DNA of 64,000 nucleotides from Vermamoeba vermiformis (Eukaryota): NCBI GenBank assembly GCA_045837725.1, contig JBEWZL010000003.1, positions 62,001 to 126,000 of the forward strand, read 5' to 3'. Shown piece by piece: positions 26,194 to 38,707 of this stretch (position 1 is its first letter; each line of letters starts with the position of its first letter). The notes under the pieces were generated by a model. It saw only the letters and a program-made list of their open reading frames with translations, ran no database searches and was not told where the DNA came from. The position numbers and the translations under genes were made by a program.

Positions 26194-26535
26194 TGTGTTG
26201 AACGTTGAATTGATTGTAAATGAACGAATACAAGAAGATTTTTATGTTTTTTTGAACAGTTGCGAACATTTCGAAACAATTAGCGCCAACTCTTCTCTGA
26301 GAGGCTGCTTTATAACGCTTAGAATACTAAATTGAATAGTTTACCAAATATGGCAATAACAATTCGGCCAAAGTGTAGATTTCCAGCGTGAACAAGATTT
26401 TATTGGCGACGTCCGGAAAAACAGCGCGAAAAAATAATCCATATGCTTCAGGTCGGAAGTTTGCGATAATGTTTGATACGTTTATTAATAATACAATTAT
26501 GTGCTTACATTGCGCTACAATTGCAGTTCAATTTC

Positions 26536-28319
26536 TTACAATTTCGCAGTCAATTGTAAACATCGCAATTCAACACCTAATTCGTGCGCTAACTCGTTCA
26601 ATGCCTTAACATAATCGAACATATCGACGCGAATAGTAAACATGCCCTATAGAAATTGATTAGTTAGTGCTTGGAATTACAATGAATTTTTGAATTCGCA
26701 TCCGATTTTTGCTGCATACAATTTTCTTCGGGTACTTCAAATTAATGCCTAAATCGTCTAAAAATATGCATTCATGCGGCTTTAAATTCAGTTGCTCTAA
26801 GGCAAGGTCATAAATCCTCGGATCTGGCTTTCTAATTCCAACTTTGTACGACTCGACAATAACGTCGAATAACTCGCTTAAATTGACTTCATTTTCAGCG
26901 CTCGAATCTAAAATATTTAAAATTAATAAGCTGATATGTTTTAAAGGCGTATTATTTGCTTAGTAAGGTTTTCCTAAAAAGGAAATATTTTGACGACAGA
27001 CCAAAATGTCATCTATTCAAAATGAACCTTATTAGGCCATATATTGAGATATAAACTCGTATATTAATGCTATAATTTTACCTTTTCGTCGAAATAAATC
27101 GTATTTATGATGATGTTTGTTGAAAAATAATTGACCGGTCGTTGAATCGCTATTATTATTGGTATTACTACTGCTATTATTATTATTACTATTACTACTA
27201 TTCGCGTTATTCTTGTTATTACTGCTATTATTATTACTACCCTCAGTGTCATATTCGTATTTCCAATTATTAGTTATCGCTGCCGTTTTGAATCCTTTTT
27301 GCTTTAGCTCTGCGATCGTTAAAATCATCTCTTTTCGAGGCTTAAGTTGCATATAAATCCTCTATAATATTAATAATTAATTATATTGTCGTAGAACGTC
27401 GTGTAACGATCATAAAAAATATGAGATCCGGATCTTCGCCCGAAATAAAATTAAGTCGCTAATTTAGATCATATAATAATAACGTTGATAAGTATGCACG
27501 TACCTTCATTAATTCGGTGCCTGAGATGGGAACGCCTTCAGCACCAGCGGCCCGACATTCTGAAGAATAGAAAATGAGAATCAAAAATAGCTTTAAAAAG
27601 GACTACTTTATATTAAGGTGCTTATATTATTGTCGCGGTATTACGGTAGTATCATCGTAAGATTGAATAATAAAGCAGGAACGAAATTTGGATCGGGCGT
27701 CGTTTCAATTAATGAAATTGTCGGGTATTTACAGGATAATATTGCTATAATTATAATCATTACCGTTTTCGAATGCCTTTGCAAAATCTTCCAGCGAAAG
27801 TTCTCCATTTTCAAGACGAGCAAAACTGGATTTCTCACCGCTCAAGATCTGAATTGAAAAGCGCCGTTAATAAATATAAAAATTATTAAAATATTATAGG
27901 CAACAATCAAATGAGAAAATGAAGCGTAAAATTGCTATTACGGCAGAAGATGCGTAACAAATTGACTATTCTAATATTTACCTTGCTGAAGAATCCTCGA
28001 GGCAAATTTAATTCTCTTTCATACTACAATATATTCCGTTAGTATATACAAATATTTAGACACATAAAATAAAATCAGATCGAGAAAAAAATCGATTACA
28101 TGGTTGAGCTTGTGAAACTTTCAAATTACGCGTATTAAGAACGTAAAATTATCAAGTATTAATTATATAATATTTTGCGTATTTTTTGGGCTGGTAATAT
28201 TAAGGATCAAGCACTGTGACGTTACAAAAATATCTTCTTACCTTGTAGATCCCCTTTAATGGCGAGTCAAATACGACACCGCCCAAATCAAATATAACTG
28301 CTTTATATTTACTTGACAT
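26536..28319 (-). CDS. HAD-like hydrolase (epoxide hydrolase/ACAD10 N-terminal phosphatase type), likely peroxisomal
   Basis: [46 protein letters not shown]-terminal AKL* (PTS1). Confidence 0.85.
27150..27240. repeat. Imperfect (TTA/CTA)n trinucleotide tract encoding an Asn/Ser-rich insert
   Basis: tattattatt...ctattattattattactattactacta lies inside a HAD gene exon ([20 protein letters not shown]). Confidence 0.8.
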
Positions 28320-28616
28320 TATTAGTATAGTGGTGCCTAATACGAACTGCTAGAAAATAACCCGAAAATCTCCCGCTCTTTTATTTCATCCTTTCCAGAA
28401 TACAACACGAACACAATACAGAATGAATATTATTAATATAACATCAGTGTACCGTATGAACATAACGAATATAGCCATTTGGGTACGCTAGATCAAGTAA
28501 AGCTAATTTATCGGAGCAGATCCAATTATTTCGTGTAATTATCGTGCCAAAATATAAATAATAATTTATCTGATTATTGAACGGAGTATAAAGCCTTTAA
28601 CTCAATTTTAAACCAG

Positions 28617-29033
28617 ATCAAATCCAGATGGAGCAGAATAACTCGAAACAATTTGCCTCGCGAGATCTAAGCAGCGATGAAAGCGAAGAATCCTAATTAT
28701 ATACCTTCTAAAAGAAGAAAAATTGTTCAAGAAAAGCAACAAGAAAACTAAAAAACAGAAAAAATTCAAGATCAACTCGACGACTTTGATAACGACTATG
28801 TTGAATATGAAATTAAGAACAGTACGTATCTCATTGAATAATATTAGATAGATAACACTAATAGTATTTAAGGTTTTTTTTTTTTTTTTTTTTTTTATAG
28901 AGGATTAAGCTATGCCATGCCTTATTAAGGCACCTTTCAGTCGTTTGCCAAAGAAGAAGAGATCGCGTCGAATTCAAAAAATACGAACGAGACCATCTCC
29001 GCGCTATGACGAGGATTATTGACCATAAATGGC
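28617..29033 (+). pseudogene. Decayed duplicate of the 5' exons of the pseudouridine synthase gene at 32762
   Basis: Near-identical tracts shared with 32750-33414 (ctaaaagaagaaaaatt, gataacgacta.gttgaatatgaaattaagaac, gaattcaaaaaatacga, ggattattgaccataaatggc); same intron position; stops and deletions. Confidence 0.9.
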
Positions 29034-29262
29034 GTGGACTTCAACTTGCTGAAGCTCATGCCACGTGTCATTTACCGTCGTAGTGTCCCTTTCCGGATCT
29101 ATCCTATCAACGAATGGCAGGTACTGTAACTGAGCACGATTAGTCTTTGCATACAAAAATAATCGATTATTTATTCAAAAAGGTTGGATCGATCGAAGCT
29201 TCTTCCAATTACATCTGCCTAACGGACTTATCTTCGTTCTTTTTTGCTTTTCTTCTGCGTGT

Positions 29263-32140
29263 TCACTGCCTTCTTCTGTTCTGCTTTCTTACGGTCTGTC
29301 TTCTTATAGTTGGCTTTCTTGCTCTCTCTGCTTCTTTGCTCTTGTTCTGTTGCTTTGGGAAAAGGACAGATAAAGTGCGGGCCAATTCCATTCGCTTCGC
29401 TTGTGATTCCTCAACAGTTGCACCAGGGGTTTGTAAGCTCAATGCAAATACCTCTTCAGCAGTTAGAGTGACTGTAGTAATCTCTTTAGGCATCACATTG
29501 ACGGATTGCAACTGTGAATAGTGCTGGACTTTTGGAAACATGCTATCTGGAGTCAGTAAAATAATGGGTGCTGCTTCTCCTTCACTTGTTTCATTGTAAG
29601 ATTTAACTTTTTGCCAGACTTCCTCAGAAAATCCACATGCATAAACCACCTGAATTGAATTAATTTGGTGAAAGAAATAATTTTCCAAAACTTACTCTAA
29701 TCCACACTAAAGGTGTTGCCTCTGATATCTCATTATAAGTTTGGACCCATTGTTCATACTTCTGTGATGCCCCAGAGTAGTAGCACATAGGCTGCACAGA
29801 GTCCAATGCCTCTGTAACAAAATACTGCCATGATAATGCTGTAGAATTGTGCTTGCATTGATAAACTAGAAAGCCTGCAGGACGACCAGCATCCACCAAT
29901 GGCACAACTCCATCTGGACGGAATGCATTTGATGGAATGTAAATGCTTTGCAAAAATTTGCTGTTGGGCTGTGTTGAAAGGGCCATAATGCTGCAGTCTT
30001 CTTTGTTATCAAATGCTAAGGCAGTTGAAACTGTTCTGGCTGGTTGTAATGAAAATCTTGCAGCTTTTGTGTTCTCAAGATTAACAGAGCCAGTTGAAAA
30101 GAGCTCTGATATTCTTGCATTTGGGCTCTCAGAACCTTTGAGCATCATCAATGTTGTGAAGTATTGGCCAAGTGTGCCATTAGGCCAGTGTTGATGACCA
30201 GCCAAGAATTTCTAAAGCCCATTAGTTTAATTAAATGTCCAGCCCCAAAGCTTACCCTTTATAATTTGCTCAGCAGTAAATGTTTGAAGGTACTCTCTGA
30301 TGTAAGGATCTGTTGAGGTGGGTATGGTTCCAAGTTTCTCAATATTGAAGCCATTTGGCAAATGAACCAATCCATGCTTTGCACACTGTGCAATTGCCCA
30401 AGGCTCTAATTCAACTTGGTCTTCTCCCAAACAGATTTGAACCATAGCATGGAGTAGTGCCTGAAAGACTTAATAAAGATCAAATTAACAGCACAGAACT
30501 TACTCCTTTGTAATAGGGATAATTTCCAGCATTTGTGACATACTTTTGTGCCCTCTTTTTTGCACTTTCTTCTGCCATCTTCAGATACTCATTCATAAAC
30601 TCCTTTGCAGATAGGTTTGCTGGATATGAACCAAGGTTCTTGGAATGAGAATTAGTACATTTGGTTGCAATTATCACTTACAATCCCCTGCATCTCTTTA
30701 AACAGGTAGACAGCACAACTTGCAAGCTTTGCAAGCTTGTTTTCAACTTCTTTGTTGTTCATTTCTTCTGCTAATCTACCTCCAAAAGCCTGATTGAACA
30801 AGCCTTTAAACCTGGCTAGTCTTTCAGTAGAATCTTCAAGGAATGGCAGGTACAGGATCTGCAATTGATTGTGAGAGTAGTCGCCAACAAGACATTGAAG
30901 AGTTGAGTAATCTGTTGTTGCCAGAATTTGCTAAAATTAGAACAGTGTTAAAGTCATCATCACTTCAGTTTAATACTTACTCCAACTGTTGCTCTTGAAA
31001 ACTCTTCCATTGCAATATGGAATAAATAAAGTAAAGAAGTTCTCTTTCTGTATTTTGTGTTTTCATGTTCCACCACTAACTGGGCCATCTATTGCTGTAA
31101 ATTAGTTTGTGAAAGGTGAATTTGCACTACTTACTCTTTCACCTTGTGGTGTTTGATCACCATAATGCAAAAACTTGCCCTGAAGGAAATTTTGGCAATT
31201 AGCAATCTCATCATAGAAGATGGCTTTGATGCCCAAATTCTTTGCAATTGCCACTGATGTCCCAAAAATTTCCTTGAAGTCATTGGTTTGCAGAGTGGCA
31301 TAGTGCCTCAAGTTTTCCTGGTACATTGTTTGAATGATTGAAATGCAGCCAGTGTCCAGCATTGCTCTCACCAAACCATCAAATTTTGGATCGCTTTTAC
31401 AGGGAGGCACTTGAAAGTAATGTGATTAGCATTACACTGATAATTATAAACCAAGCATACCTTTTTGCAAATAAATGCCTGCAAATTGAATGAATGTCAT
31501 TGGAATCAGCTGGACTGCTTGTTTTGATTGCTCCATAAACAGCTTTTCTTCTGCAAGTGAGAGCACACCTTTGTTTTTCCAAGTTTCAGATGGGTACAGT
31601 GAGGTAATAAAATTTTCTGCTAGTGTGAGTAAGTCTAAATGACAGGATCTGGCAAATAGTATTGGAAGGCAACCATCATGTCTGCAGTAAGTTAAACCCA
31701 GATGAGTTTTTCCAACTCCACTATCTGTTTCTCTTTTAGTACAACACAAAGCTTTGGAAAATGTTTACTTTGAACCATAGCAATCAAAAAGTTATCTTGT
31801 TCTGTAAAAAGACTATTTCTTTCAACCAGGGATGAAAGAGAGGAATAAAGTTTGCTACTTTTCATATCATCAAAGTAGTATGGACTCCAGCCATTGGCTT
31901 CAGTTGATAGTGGAAGCGGATTTTGAATTGTGGGATGAATAATTTCCTTCTGCAAGTTTGCATCTTTTGACTTGGTTATGGCAACATGGATTTTATCCAA
32001 TTGACGATCAATTTCTTGGCTAATTTTTGGTGTTATTTGCAGGAACCCTAAAAATACCCACATCTTAGCAGTTTTAGCTACCAAACTAACTTGTACCTTG
32101 AATTTTCTCTTCTGTTCGTGGACTCTGGACTTTCACCGCT
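29263..32140 (-). CDS. Crinkler/RHS-type (CR) P-loop NTPase + PD-(D/E)xK restriction-endonuclease-fold protein; 5' end unresolved, one junction out of phase
   Basis: Spliced Walker A IAMVQNSGVGKTH, Walker B AIFYDE, sensor-like QILATT, nuclease RPDGVV...FLVYQCK, basic tail; about 45-nt introns; region nearly CpG-free. Confidence 0.7.
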
Positions 32141-32761
32141 ATTAATTTATACTACTTGCGAAATTATACAAGTGTACCTGGCCTATTAAATGCATCTTGG
32201 GTGCAAAAATGTCGAAATCGCGCGAAATTAGATCTGATCGGGAATAGAAATTAATTAAAATACGAAATTAATTTTTGAACTAACCCTAATTTTGGCCTCA
32301 GGATTGCCGTCGGTCTTGACACTATTATGTGGCGTAAATACACGAATAAAAAATTAATGGTTGGCTCGGGTCGGGTGCAGAATGCGATTTGTAACACCCA
32401 ATTCACCGCTCTATTATTAATAATATATATTTGAACTTACGGGCTGCGCTTCGTTTCGACACGGCGACTCTAATGGCGCCAGATCGCGAGCAAGTATAAG
32501 ATCTCCTTGCTACCTGCGAAGTTGAGCTCCATAAGTGTTGAAACATGCGCTTGGTATTGTTATGTCTTGCGAGTCAACGAAATAATTGTGAGTTTAGTTG
32601 TTTGATGCGCAAGAAAACGGGCAAATGTTGTTTTGCAATTATTTACAAAAATCTCTCTTGCAAACACCAAAACTCTGACTATGCATACGCTATAATTATT
32701 ATGAGTCGCTTTCAAGCTACGTAAACGAAATTTTCGACCATTGAAAGCCGATCAAATCTGG

Positions 32762-34743
32762 ATGGAGCACCGCGACTCGACCAACATCGACAATAATGCT
32801 AATAATGGCAGTAATATTAATAATATTAATAATCCAATAATTTCTAAGAAAGAACAAGTCAAAAACAAGCGAGCAGCAAAATTAGCATTCAGAAATCAAT
32901 TTGCCTCGCAAGAGGAGTACGAAGCAGCGATGAAAGCAAAGAACCCTAATTATAGACCCTCTAAAAGAAGAAAAATTATTCAAGAAAAGCAAGAAGAAAG
33001 CCAAAAAACAAATAAAATTGAAGATCAACTCGAAGACTTCGATAACGACTACGTTGAATATGAAATTAAGAACGGTAGGTGAAATATTACACGTAATTAA
33101 ATACATAACAATAATACTAGCAATTTCAAATATTTTTTGACACCTAAAGTTCGCTGGATTTGATCCAGTTTCGAACGTAAAATTTTTTCTGCATGACCTT
33201 CAAATATCAAGCTCGCAAATATATTTCATCATAGTACTAATATTAATATAAAGGATTAAGATACGTTGTGCCCTATCAATACACCTTTACGTCTTTCGCA
33301 AAGAAGAGATGGCTGAACAGATCCCTCATTGAAGTTCTGCTCGAAGAATTCAAAAAATACGATCGAGATCATTATCTCCGCGCTATTGACGAGGGATTAT
33401 TGACCATAAATGGCAATAAAATTGATAAAAATGCCGTGGTTCAAGAGCACGATGTTATTCGGTAAGAAAAAAACCTTAAAAAACTGTAGAAATGATGTGC
33501 GAATGCTACTTCTATTAAAAAATATGCTGATATGCCTTATATAGGCATACGGTACTTAGAACTGAACCTCCAGTGACCGCACAACAGATCAAGATCGTGC
33601 ACGAAGACGAAGAAATATTAGTTGTAGATAAACCAGCCTCGATTCCAGTACGTTAAATATGATGCATATATATCATTAAATAGTAAATATATTTATCATT
33701 TATTTTAGGTTCATCCGTGCGGTCGATTTAGACATAATTCAATTTTATGCATTTTGGCGAAAGAATTCAACAAAAAGAAGTTATACGGTAATAAATATTA
33801 TGACAGTATCCAATATATTCATATTATTAATATATTATCCCCTTCAAAAGCTATTCATCGGTTGGATCGCTTGACTTCAGGAATTTTATTTTTCGCGAAG
33901 ACGAAGAGCAAAGCAGAAGAGTTAGTGAATCGAATTAAAGGCTCTAAAGTGCAAAAACAATATTTAGCTAAAGTACACGGCCAATTTCCCGAGTAAGTAA
34001 CGTTATTCAAAAGTCCTGAAAAAAACCAAATCCGGATCGTCAGATCCTGCAGTACTTTATCTAACAGTATACGGCATATAATATCCATATTTATATATTT
34101 ATAATATTAATGTGGTATTAGAGGCGAAATTAAAGTCGATCAACCGATCTACAAGCGCGACAGTCATCAAGGACTGCACATCGTTGATCCGCGAGGCAAA
34201 TCCGCAACGACATTGTTCAGTAAGATATCGAGCGATGGAACGACCTCTATAGTCAAGTGTAAGTATTATATTATTCATAAGTACTGCCTATATTATGCAA
34301 TAGCATCACAGATCCGGTACGAAAAAAACTGGATCGCACAATTTTTTCACATCGTCGAGATATTTTAAAGCTTACCAAATATTATTTATTATATTATGAA
34401 AGGGTTTATTATATATTAGTCCCTAATATATTTATTTACAGGCACACCCATCACGGGTCGCACGCATCAAATTCGCGTGCATTTGCAGTGGCTCGGTCAC
34501 AGCATTATCAACGACCCAATTTACAACACAGATAAGCACAATTACGACGAGACATATCAGATCATATACGACGATGAAGGCGATGTGAGTGAGAATAGCG
34601 AGGTGGTGAATATGAACGAGATCCAGCTGCACATTTGTTTGCACGCATTTCAGTACAAGAGTTTGGATTCAAATCAGCCTTTGGAATTTCAAACGGAATT
34701 GCCTTTTTGGGCAAAACACGAACACGAGCAATCACTTTCATGA
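32762..34743 (+). CDS. RluA-family pseudouridine synthase (RPUSD2/Pus9-like)
   Basis: [33 protein letters not shown] (catalytic Asp), [28 protein letters not shown]. Confidence 0.93.
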
Positions 34744-35594
34744 ACGCGAGCTGCATTCAGTGAAAACTTAAACAAGCCAAAATGTCAAAGACTGCAATTG
34801 CTGCTCTGCTAAATAAGGAAAGTATGATATATACTATTTGCAGCTACTCTTTACTAGCTGGGCAGAGAAACGGAGATCGGATCGGATTCGAAAACGTCTT
34901 TGGTCTTAAAGTAGAATAAGGCTCTTCAAGTATTCCAAAAGGTAATTAATGATCATTCGTCGTAATTGCACTTTAATTAATTTGAACAGAGCAGATCCGT
35001 TGTGTGATCCGATCGGATCAACTCAAATTCAGTTTGAATTTCCGAGCAACGACAAAGACAAGTCTTGGTTCACACGCATAAGAATTCAACAAGTGTCGGT
35101 TCACTGTACTATTCCATGGTTTGTCTTGGAGATTTCGAGAATTTAAATTCTTAACAAAAACTCCCGTTTTCATTTACGCGTTCACACGGAGTGCAACTCC
35201 GATTGAAATTCAATTCGTTTGAAATTCAGGTGATCTATTCTCATAACTTTGTGGTAGGCTACCCTGCCGTGCTTCACGGTCGCATTGTCCTCGAGCGATC
35301 CATCGATTGAAACGGTTCGCTGCCGTTAATTACACTGATGCTATTCATTAACAATGAGCCCTGTCTACCTTGCTGTTGATGTTAGCTACCAGAACTTCGG
35401 TCTTTTACTCCTTTACCGGATCACAAGCGGAAAAACCTTTTGTGTAACATTAATTATTCGGAAATTGGGATACAAATAAAGAAGAATTGAAGTGAAGAAA
35501 TTTGCTTCATCATATTCGAGCAATAGGGGTAATCTAGACGAAATTTACGCTGTAGCAGTTATTTAAGAACGATTGGCGATCGGCTCATTCACTT

Positions 35595-36139
35595 ATGCAA
35601 CCTCCCAAGATGTCAGAAACACGCAAGGAACTCCGCGACAAACTCAAAGAGTTAAAACGTTTTCATGAGGTCTTCGCAGAACGGAAACGTAACGAACCTA
35701 ACCCAGGCCTTGTTGAATACGATATACTCGACATCCAGGACCGGCTAACAAGACGCAGAATCCGCTCCAAACGAAACAAAATCGCTCCTGTCAAGCCTGC
35801 TGAAAGTCTTTATAAATCACAACCGTCGGCGCCAAATGTAGCAAGTGATGCAGCACTCCCACCACCCCCGCCACCAGTTATCGCTTCAGAAGCCAAACCT
35901 CCTGCCATGCTCCTTACTGAGATCCAACAAGGCACCAACTTAAGAAAAGTTGATAAAGCATTAAATCAAAACCAAACCAAGTACGTCGGCTCTAAAAATT
36001 GATTATGATTCTCTAATGTTTTGGTTGTAGGTCTTTGACGGAAACTTTGCTTCAAGCAATGGACGCACGTCGACGCAGCCTTGAGATGCAAGAAGGGGCT
36101 TCACAATCCGACACCAGCAATGACGATGATTGGAATTAG
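35595..36139 (+). CDS. Small WASP-family-like protein: polyproline + WH2 + central helix + acidic-Trp (VCA)
   Basis: PPPPPP, LLTEIQQGTNLRKV (WH2), intron, SLTETLLQAMDARRRSL (C), DTSNDDDWN* (A). Confidence 0.75.
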
Positions 36140-36806
36140 ATTACATTTCGAGCTAAAAGAATAAAAAAAGATTTCCACAAGAGTTCTGAAAGAACCCGTC
36201 ATTCATAACGTACGGGGCTTGCTGGTGCTTGTGTGTATTTCAAATAATTCATTAACCACGCTTTTTCATTTTGTCGTGGTCGCTCGATCTGGGATTGAAT
36301 AATTATGGAACCTTTGCAAGGTTGTCCGAGCATTAATCACAAAGAAACTTGACTTTCTACGCAATGGACGATTTTTTTAGCTGTAATATGCTCCTTGCAA
36401 GGGTGATAGAAGATTTTTTGTTGCAACGATCCACTTTTTTATTGCCTCGTCACTACCAACACACGAGCGCTTTGTATTTATCGATTTATTGTATTATTCA
36501 TGATCGAGGTCCACTACATATATATATACAGGACCAATGCGAAGCTGATCGACCAACGAAAACTTCCCTAAAATCAAAAAAATATTGGTTGCGCAATGTA
36601 GAACTTCACTGCGACTATTTCCCATGCCCATGCATAATTAGCCTTTCGTACTCGTATTTTTGGTAATTTTGTTGTATTTTTTGTGCTTTTCAAACTAAAT
36701 CTAGTTGAAAAATTGTAATTTTTGACAATGTCGAGTGACACGCAGCTTTAAAACATCGTTCGTGCCAAATTTATTACATATTAAGTACAATAGTACACCA
36801 ACAACA

Positions 36807-38163
36807 ATGCGCTATCTCGTTGTTTTCGTCTCGATCCTTTTCGCAGTCAACTGCGTTGAGATCTATCCACCTTTTTCGCTTTTAAAAACATTTTATGCTG
36901 TAGATCCTTACACTAGAGGTAATTAATATTTTAATAACGAATATAACGCTAACTTCTCCATAGGCTACTGTTTGTACACCGGATCTGGCAACACCCAAAA
37001 CCAAGCTATCGGCTATGGCTATTTGCACCAAAAGGACTATTATCAAGCTATGTATTCTTGCGATTATGGCAAGATTGAACTCGCTTAGTAAGTATTCAAA
37101 CTCAAATAAGCCTAAAATATTTATCGAAAATGTGCGTCCGCATCTGAAATTAGTTTCGTATCACGAAAACGTGGATTTAAGCACAAGAATTTGGCATAAT
37201 TATTCCTAAATAACATATAATTGCTGTAATTGGAGCTAACGAAGTTCTTCAACCAGCGATCCAAATAACAGAACCAGTCTTACTGCTTTGATGGTCAGTG
37301 GCAATCCTGGTAAGGCAACACTTCAATAATTAATATCGACACAAGCTATTTCTTATTGCGTTTATCGTTAATCTGAAAACATCGTTCTGGATCTCGAGAG
37401 AAAAAAAATATGTCCGGAAATTTCGTTGAAATTGAATTAGAATCGCAAAGCCTTTGTAAAATCGTACTAATGTGATAATTATAGCCGCAATCGTTGATTT
37501 GGGTACTCTCAACACTATTCGCAGCGATAATCACATTGATCGTAAGTACATCCGATTTCGAAAATAACTAAAAATGATTCTAAACCTCATATTCTAATAC
37601 AGCCTCTGTCACCCTCGATTCTATCTTCACTAGCATTCATTACGACGAGAGCACGAAGAGATTAGTGGTCGCATCTAACTACAGCAGGAGCGAAGGCTTG
37701 AGATTCTCTCCTATTGTTGGTATTGATGATTTATACAATACTGCGGATAAGCTGACTTTTGAGCCTATCTCTGGTCATATCTATTTGCTCCGATTGACCA
37801 GCCAACCGACTTCTCATTGGGACAACACCGTTTTGTTCGCAAAGTAAGATCCAAATCCAGTACAAACACTTAAAATAACATAACAATGAAGTTAAATAAT
37901 ATATAGATGCTAACATTATGATATTTAGGCTGATTCCTATTGATAAAATTCCTCGTCCTACTTTGAGATGGGATGTGTTTTACGTCGACAAGCAACACGG
38001 CTCAAACAGCGATAACGACAATAACCACCGTACTAAGAACTTGAGCAAGGCTGAAATTGCAGCTATTGCCATGAGCTCTGGCGCAGTGGTCTTTGCCATC
38101 ATCGGATTCATCGTCGCCGTTACTCGCAACCACCACAGACGCGATTACTTGGCTGTCTCCTAA
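36807..38163 (+). CDS. Type I membrane protein of unknown function
   Basis: Signal peptide MRYLVVFVSILFAVNC; C-terminal TM helix (IAAIAMSSGAVVFAIIGFIVAV); short tail with YLAV sorting-like motif. Confidence 0.65.
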
Positions 38164-38707
38164 TCTAGATGCTATTTATCGTATAGTATTCATGTATAGA
38201 TCCTTATGTAAATTTGCATATACTTCACTGTGAATAAACTCGATTTTTTTATTTCAAGATCAAATCCGGAAGTAGTTTTTGGTATAAGAGTTTGCTTTAT
38301 TTAGCTAACTAACATATTCAAAAACTCGCTATATTGTGGCAAAGAAATGATATTAATTTTAAATCAGAAGCTCATCGCATTTGTCACAATGTTTGAATGA
38401 ACTTCGTCACGTACAAATTAAATTCTTTTCAAGCCACAAAAATAGCTCTATTTGGTCTAATTAAAAGACCATTCCATATAAGGTGATACTAATTAACATA
38501 CGATGATTAACCTGCTGTCGGATCTGCTTCCGAAGCCAATACCGTGGATCAGGATCCCATGACTTCGTTATTGTTGGTATTAGCAGCATTGGTATTATTA
38601 GTGATATTATTCTTATTATTCAGCGAGTGCCCTCTACGTGATTTCTTCAATAATTGATATTCTAAGCCCGTTTGGATCACGCACACGACATTCGCGTTGA
38701 ATTTTTC

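Noticed and set aside
27159-27356. Poly-Leu ORF resembling a signal or TM peptide
   Set aside because: Antisense reading of the Asn-coding microsatellite.
28874-28897. Poly-T run suggesting a retroposed poly(A) tail
   Set aside because: It lies in the polypyrimidine tract of the pseudogene's retained intron, with no target-site duplication.
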